Assembly: GCA_011046135.1 (NCBI GenBank) | Contig: DSBG01000091.1 | Coordinates: forward strand, 12,265-76,264 | DNA: 64,000 bases | DNA from: Deltaproteobacteria bacterium | GTDB lineage: Bacteria; Desulfobacterota; Desulfomonilia; UBA1062 | Reading direction: 5' to 3' | Shown here: one piece after another, positions 62,292 to 64,000 of the stretch | How the letters are laid out: every line of letters begins with the position of its first letter | Numbering within the stretch: position 1 is the first letter of the stretch | Made by a program: the position numbers and the translations under genes | Notes under the pieces: model-generated | Told to the model about the DNA's origin: nothing | Databases searched by the model: none | The model's input: only the letters and a program-made list of their open reading frames with translations

Positions 62292-63935
62292 ATGATTCGA
62301 GATCTCAAGAGCATGGCTGACACTGGCTATGATGTCCTCGTGATCGGAGGAGGAATTACTGGTGCCTTTGTTGCATGGGATGCCTCCTTGCGGGGACTTC
62401 GGGTGGCCCTCATCGACAAGGGCGACTTCGGTGCAGCGACCTCTGCAGCAACGTCGAAGCTCATTCATGGCGGCCTGCGGTATCTCAAGACCCTGGAAGT
62501 TGGCCTGGTGAGAGAATCTCTTCAGGAACGCAGGATCATGGAGATTATTGCACCGCACCTCGTGTACCCCATGCCCTTTATCTTCCCGGCGTATGGGTGG
62601 GGTATGCGTGGGCTCCCGGCTGCAATTTCCGCCATGGTATTCTACGACACACTCTCCTATGACCGGAAATGGATCAACGATGATGACAAGAAGATCCCCG
62701 GTCATGAAAAATATTCTGCAGAACGAATCCTCGAGCTTGAGCCGGTTCTTGATGCCAAGGATCTCAAGGGAGGGGTCATCTACTATGACTGCATGATGTA
62801 CAACTCGGAACGGCTCACGTTGGAACCGATTCTCTCCGCAGCCGAGTATGGAGCCGATGTTGCCAACTATGTCGTGGCAGAAGACCTCATCAGGGCCGGA
62901 GAGCGGATTGAAGGGGCACGGGTGAGAGATCTCCTGAACGAGAAGGAGTACACAATCAGGGCCACCGTCACGGTGAATGCCGCTGGTCCCTGGGCTGATC
63001 TCATGCTGGGCAAAATTCGGGGAAAGAAACACCATGGCCTGATTCGTTCCAAAGGGATTCACATCATTACACGATCGCTTCATAAAGATCATGCCATTGT
63101 TCTTCAGACTGCCAGTGGGAGGCACTTTTTTATCCTTCCCTGGAGGGGGCACAGCCTGATCGGGACCACAGATGTCGTCTATAAGGGAAATCCCGATGAG
63201 TTCAAGGTAACCGAGACCGATATTGCGGAGTTTCTTGCAGAAATCAACGCCACGGTACCATCCGCCAGCCTCACGAGAGACGATGTCCTCTTTCAGTATG
63301 GGGGACTCCGCCCCATTGTGGAAAAAGAGACGAGTGTGGAGATAGAAGTATACGATGCGTCGAGAAAATATGAACTCTACGACCATGCTCTTGATGAGGG
63401 GATTCATGGCTTTGTCACTGCCATAGGAGGAAAATATACAACGTCTCGAAATATGGCGCGTCAGCTCGTTGATATCCTTTGCGAAAAGCTTGGCAGAGCT
63501 CCCGGTGCGTGCCAGACACACACTACGCCCCTGATAGGCGGAGAAATCGGACGATATGCGAGCTTTACTCAAAGAGCGAAACGAGCAAAACCTTTTGGGC
63601 TGAGTGACGCGGTGATAGAGAACCTGTGCAGAAATTACGGAGCATGCTATCCCAAGGTTCTCGAATCAGCCCAGAAAAAGAAACACTTTGAAAGAATCTG
63701 CGACGAGTTTGATGATATCGTTGCCCAGATCTTGTACGCAGTTCATAGTGAGATGGCGGTACGCCTGTCCGATGTTCTGTTCCGAAGGACGGGGTTATGC
63801 ACTCTAGGCAACCCAGGAGAAGAAGTGATCGAGAAGGTTGCTGACATCATGGCGGGTGAGCTGAAATGGAAGTCAGCGCAGAAAAACGCCGAGATGGATA
63901 AAGCCCTTGAAAACTTCATCACCTTGAACGAATAG
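62292..63935 (+). CDS. FAD-dependent glycerol-3-phosphate dehydrogenase (GlpA/GlpD family)
   Basis: 547 aa with an N-terminal DVLVIGGGITGAFVAWDAS FAD motif and the GlpD C-terminal domain. It has a GAGGAGGG RBS. Confidence 0.8.
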   Translation: MIRDLKSMADTGYDVLVIGGGITGAFVAWDASLRGLRVALIDKGDFGAATSAATSKLIHGGLRYLKTLEVGLVRESLQERRIMEIIAPHLVYPMPFIFPAYGWGMRGLPAAISAMVFYDTLSYDRKWINDDDKKIPGHEKYSAERILELEPVLDAKDLKGGVIYYDCMMYNSERLTLEPILSAAEYGADVANYVVAEDLIRAGERIEGARVRDLLNEKEYTIRATVTVNAAGPWADLMLGKIRGKKHHGLIRSKGIHIITRSLHKDHAIVLQTASGRHFFILPWRGHSLIGTTDVVYKGNPDEFKVTETDIAEFLAEINATVPSASLTRDDVLFQYGGLRPIVEKETSVEIEVYDASRKYELYDHALDEGIHGFVTAIGGKYTTSRNMARQLVDILCEKLGRAPGACQTHTTPLIGGEIGRYASFTQRAKRAKPFGLSDAVIENLCRNYGACYPKVLESAQKKKHFERICDEFDDIVAQILYAVHSEMAVRLSDVLFRRTGLCTLGNPGEEVIEKVADIMAGELKWKSAQKNAEMDKALENFITLNE

Positions 63936-64000
63936 AGCATGAGAAGGACTCCCTTGTAACGAGCAACGGTCCTGGAGGGTCCGAGCGCCGGGCGTCCATG

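Noticed and set aside
62229-63572. 447-aa minus-strand ORF
   Set aside because: It is antisense to the glycerol-3-phosphate dehydrogenase gene, which has a clear FAD motif and RBS. It is a shadow ORF in GC-rich coding sequence

Overview
This 64-kb window is chromosomal core sequence from a bacterium (GC about 55%). It looks deltaproteobacterial or Nitrospirae-like from the type IV pilin and gene content. Almost all of it is densely packed housekeeping genes with strongly conserved synteny. I see no CRISPR arrays, integrases, transposases, prophage genes or obvious defence systems. Because conclusions rest only on reading the translations and the DNA, every family assignment is by motif recognition, not by database search.

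Main blocks, in order:
- A partial NDP-forming acyl-CoA synthetase gene at the left edge.
- A DUF523-like gene and a MutY/Nth-like glycosylase.
- pilA, then the conserved zinc-ribbon/Nif3 pair, then tRNA-Met(CAU).
- A 588-aa uncharacterized protein.
- An FAD-dependent oxidoreductase.
- pyrR-pyrB-pyrC with lepB.
- rmlA-rmlB-rmlD, with no rmlC.
- The classical nusA-infB superoperon on the minus strand, laid out like E. coli metY-rimP-nusA-infB-rbfA-truB-rpsO-pnp: tRNA-Gly(CCC), terminator, rimP, nusA, ylxR-like, infB, DUF503, rbfA, nrnA-like, truB, rpsO, pnp, M16 peptidase, truA.
- yjbQ and tatD.
- An origin-proximal-type block: a parS site, parA, parB, dnaN, gyrB, gyrA. dnaA and recF are absent.
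- purQ and a long purL with a fused PurS-like N-terminus; a dksA-like gene; moeA.
- An HDOD-domain gene cotranscribed with a GAF/class-III nucleotidyl cyclase gene.
- rho-rpmE-prfA-prmC-murA-hisD-cca.
- A CBS-pair gene convergent with DUF167-divIVA-yggT.
- smc followed by an orphan MinD/ParA-like ATPase.
- A DUF364-like gene with moaA, a PilZ gene, and an FAD-dependent glycerol-3-phosphate dehydrogenase.

From codon usage it appears the supplied ORF track uses TTG/GTG/ATG starts (all shown as M) and omits ORFs without an in-window stop. Several starts were therefore re-set by hand from RBS and homology.

No single clearly novel system stands out. The items most worth a second look are the 588-aa uncharacterized protein, the ylxR/L7Ae-like fusion, the HDOD-GAF-cyclase pair, the orphan MinD-like ATPase after smc, the parS site with its dnaA-less parAB-dnaN-gyrBA block, and a few conserved-looking RNA hairpins.
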